DNA of 64,000 nt from positions 7,182-71,181 of the forward strand of contig PWJQ01000035.1 in assembly GCA_003560875.1 (NCBI GenBank), given 5' to 3'. Source of the DNA: Methanomassiliicoccaceae archaeon (GTDB lineage Archaea > Thermoplasmatota > Thermoplasmata > Methanomassiliicoccales > Methanomethylophilaceae). The first letter of the stretch is position 1. Each line of letters starts with the position of its first letter. Positions 62,022 through 64,000 of this stretch are shown here, piece after piece. Below the pieces are notes generated by a model, which was given only the letters and a program-made list of their open reading frames with translations, was not told the DNA's origin and made no database searches. Both the position numbers and the translations under genes were made by a program.

Positions 62022-63347
62022 ATGATAATGGAAGAACTAACACCCACCATCGAGGAACTGAAGAGGGTGCTGGAAGGTAAGGCGGACGAGGATACCATCG
62101 TCCGCGAGCTGGACACCTACATCAATGTTTACCGCTCCACCGTGGATGCCGCCAAGAGGGGCATCATACGCAAGTACGGCGGCGACGAACTGGAGTTCGT
62201 CAGCGGCGAGAGCGTCAAGAAGAAGATAGAACAGGTGAGGGGCGACGAGCAGAACGTCGACCTTCTGGTCAAGGTGGTCCACGCCGAGGAGAGGGAGATA
62301 ACCGCCCGCGGCGAGAGCAAGACCATATTGACCGGCATCCTCGGCGATGAGTCGGGGACCATACCTTTCACATCCTGGGAGACGAACAGGTTCTCCCTGG
62401 AGAAGGGAGCCACCTACAACGTGCGTAGCGCCTATGCCAAGACCTGGAACGACCGTCCGCAGATCAACTTCGGCAAACGGACCGAGGTGGAGAAGGACGA
62501 CAGCAGCATCGAGGTGCCGCAACGGGTGATATCCTACTCGGCCAAAGAGGCCAAGCTGGGCGAGCTCATGGACGGTATGAGCAGCGTGAGCGTCACCGCC
62601 AAGCTGCTTTCCGTGATGCCCAAGGACATCAACGTCAAGGGCGAGCCAAGGACGATATTCACCGGCACCCTGGCCGATGACAGCGGCAAGGTGGAGTTCT
62701 CATCATGGACGGAGTTCCCCTATGAGTCCGGGGAGGTGCTGAGGATCGAGAACGCCTATGTGCGCGCGTTCCGCGGCATACCGCAGCTTAACCTCGGTGA
62801 CCGCGTGAGCGTGACCAGGGTCGACGACGACATCGGCGACCTGGAGGAACTGACTTCGTCCACGCCGCGGAGCATCGCCGAGCTGGAGTCGGTGGGCGGC
62901 GGCCTGGACATCCTGGTGCGCGGATCCCTGGTGGACATACGCAACGGCTCCGGCCTCATCAAGAGGTGTCCGGAATGCCGACGCTCGGTCCTGAACGACG
63001 AGTGCATAACCCACGGTCGCGTACAGGCGCAGCCGGACCTGCGCATCAAGGCGGTGCTCGACGACGGCACCGGCGCCCTGACCTGCATAATCAACCGCGA
63101 ACTGACCGAATCCCTGTCCGGCATCAGCATGGAGGAGGCGATGAGGATGGCGGAGCAGCATCACGACCCCGAAGTGGTGGCCAAGGAGATGGAGACCAGA
63201 CTGTTGGCCAAGAAGGCGGAGCTGAGGGGCAACGTGGTCAGCGACGAGTACGGCATGATGATGATCGTGCAGGAGTGCTTGCCGGTGACGGTGGATGTCA
63301 AAGAGGGTGCTCGTGAACTGCTCGGTAAACTGGAGGCGATGCTGTGA
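62022..63347 (+). CDS. rpa: Replication protein A large subunit (multiple OB folds + zinc ribbon)
   Basis: Repeated OB-fold modules (ILTGILGDESGTIPFTSWE / IFTGTLADDSGKVEFSSWT) and a C-terminal CPECRRSV...C.THG zinc ribbon. GGGAGGAA SD upstream. Confidence 0.85.
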   Translation: MIMEELTPTIEELKRVLEGKADEDTIVRELDTYINVYRSTVDAAKRGIIRKYGGDELEFVSGESVKKKIEQVRGDEQNVDLLVKVVHAEEREITARGESKTILTGILGDESGTIPFTSWETNRFSLEKGATYNVRSAYAKTWNDRPQINFGKRTEVEKDDSSIEVPQRVISYSAKEAKLGELMDGMSSVSVTAKLLSVMPKDINVKGEPRTIFTGTLADDSGKVEFSSWTEFPYESGEVLRIENAYVRAFRGIPQLNLGDRVSVTRVDDDIGDLEELTSSTPRSIAELESVGGGLDILVRGSLVDIRNGSGLIKRCPECRRSVLNDECITHGRVQAQPDLRIKAVLDDGTGALTCIINRELTESLSGISMEEAMRMAEQHHDPEVVAKEMETRLLAKKAELRGNVVSDEYGMMMIVQECLPVTVDVKEGARELLGKLEAML

Positions 63348-64000
63348 TCAGCCGTGAGATGGCCTGGAGGGTGTTCTCCGCTGAGTTGAACGCATCCTCA
63401 CTGACATACAAGGGCGACGAGGAGAAGTCGCCCTCATATCTGGTGACCCCTTTGGGCGCCAGGATCAACCGCGTCATAGCCGCCGGCGTCCTCACCGACA
63501 AGGAGAACGTGGGCAGTGAGGACGAGCCTATGTGGAGGGCGAGGGTCAACGACCCCTCCGGCTCCTTCTTCGTGAACGCCGGACGCTATCAGCCGGAGGC
63601 CTCGGCGGCCCTGGCCGACATGGCCACCCCTTCGTTGGTGGCGGTGGTGGGCAAGGTGCGCACCTACAGCCCCGAAGACGGCAGGGTGTTCGTATCCATA
63701 CGACCGGAGAGCATCGTGGAGATAGACGAGGCTACCCGGGACGCTTGGGTGCTGGAGGCCTGCCAGGCCACCTTGGAGAGGATGGAGGCCATGCGTATGG
63801 CGGTGTCCGCTGACCGGGCCGTTGATGTCGAAGCCCTTGTCGCCAAAGGCGTCAGGAGGCCGCTGGCGACAGGGATAGTCCGTGCATTGGACCACTACGG
63901 CCTACCGGACTCCGGACGCTACATCCGCGTGCTTCAGCAGGGCCTGAGGTTCCTGCTTCCCGATGAGGACGTGGACCTGGGACTCACCGAAGACCTCGGC
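63344..64000 (+). CDS. RPA-associated protein (COG3390-like OB-fold partner of RPA), 3' end outside the window
   Basis: The frame is open from GTG 63344 (GTGA overlap with the rpa stop, GGAGGCG 6 nt upstream; ATG 63359 is an alternative) to the window end. It is not in the ORF track because no stop is reached. AWRVFSAELNASSL...YLVTPLGARINRVIAAGVLTD resembles haloarchaeal Rpap proteins encoded downstream of rpa. Confidence 0.7.
   Translation, partial: MISREMAWRVFSAELNASSLTYKGDEEKSPSYLVTPLGARINRVIAAGVLTDKENVGSEDEPMWRARVNDPSGSFFVNAGRYQPEASAALADMATPSLVAVVGKVRTYSPEDGRVFVSIRPESIVEIDEATRDAWVLEACQATLERMEAMRMAVSADRAVDVEALVAKGVRRPLATGIVRALDHYGLPDSGRYIRVLQQGLRFLLPDEDVDLGLTEDLG

Noticed and set aside
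1-64000. Search for CRISPR arrays, IS elements or transposases, integrases, prophage genes, toxin-antitoxin pairs, rRNA, and amber (TAG) recoding or pyrrolysine-type methyltransferase genes.
   Set aside because: I noticed no regularly spaced direct repeats and no transposase or integrase motifs. No corrinoid methyltransferase ORFs interrupted by TAG are present. The only in-frame stop of interest is the TAA in glmM, reported as a finding.

Overview
64-kb chromosomal segment from a high-GC (roughly 60%) archaeon. Archaeal identity is clear from TBP, L15e, fibrillarin, Nop5, aIF5A, Kae1, CDP-archaeol synthase, PurP, RPA with an RPA-associated protein, PolB and SMC-ScpAB. Gene content looks euryarchaeal, perhaps Thermoplasmata/Methanomassiliicoccales-like, but that is inference only. 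I call about 70 protein-coding genes and 3 tRNA genes (Leu-CAG, Val-GAC, Gly-CCC), all with genomically encoded CCA. I saw no rRNA, CRISPR array, transposase or integrase. Coding density is high, and many gene junctions overlap by 1 or 4 nt (TGATG / ATGA / GTGA), which suggests translational coupling. Most genes are housekeeping: replication and repair, translation, UDP-GlcNAc synthesis, NAD(P) metabolism, serine, PLP and purine synthesis, chromosome condensation, and a small glycosylation cluster. The most unusual locus is 26.2-29.1 kb. It holds two translationally coupled genes, each encoding a DapA (DHDPS)-fold domain fused to a formaldehyde-activating-enzyme (Fae)-fold domain. Both DapA-like domains lack the Schiff-base lysine. 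The two Fae-like domains keep complementary subsets of the conserved Fae segments. An MsvR-like ArsR+V4R regulator and an mtnA/class-II-aldolase pair lie next to them. Other items worth a second look: an orphan soluble MtrA-like corrinoid protein; a phosphohexomutase gene whose conserved N-terminus is cut by an in-frame TAA; a ThiI-like THUMP protein with an ablated PP-loop; a rifampicin-phosphotransferase-architecture dikinase coupled to an unknown protein; an unlisted 38-aa membrane peptide with a strong SD; and an ABC importer operon with no binding-protein gene, two different ATPases and a DUF47/PhoU-like gene. All family assignments come from motif recognition by eye. No database search was run.
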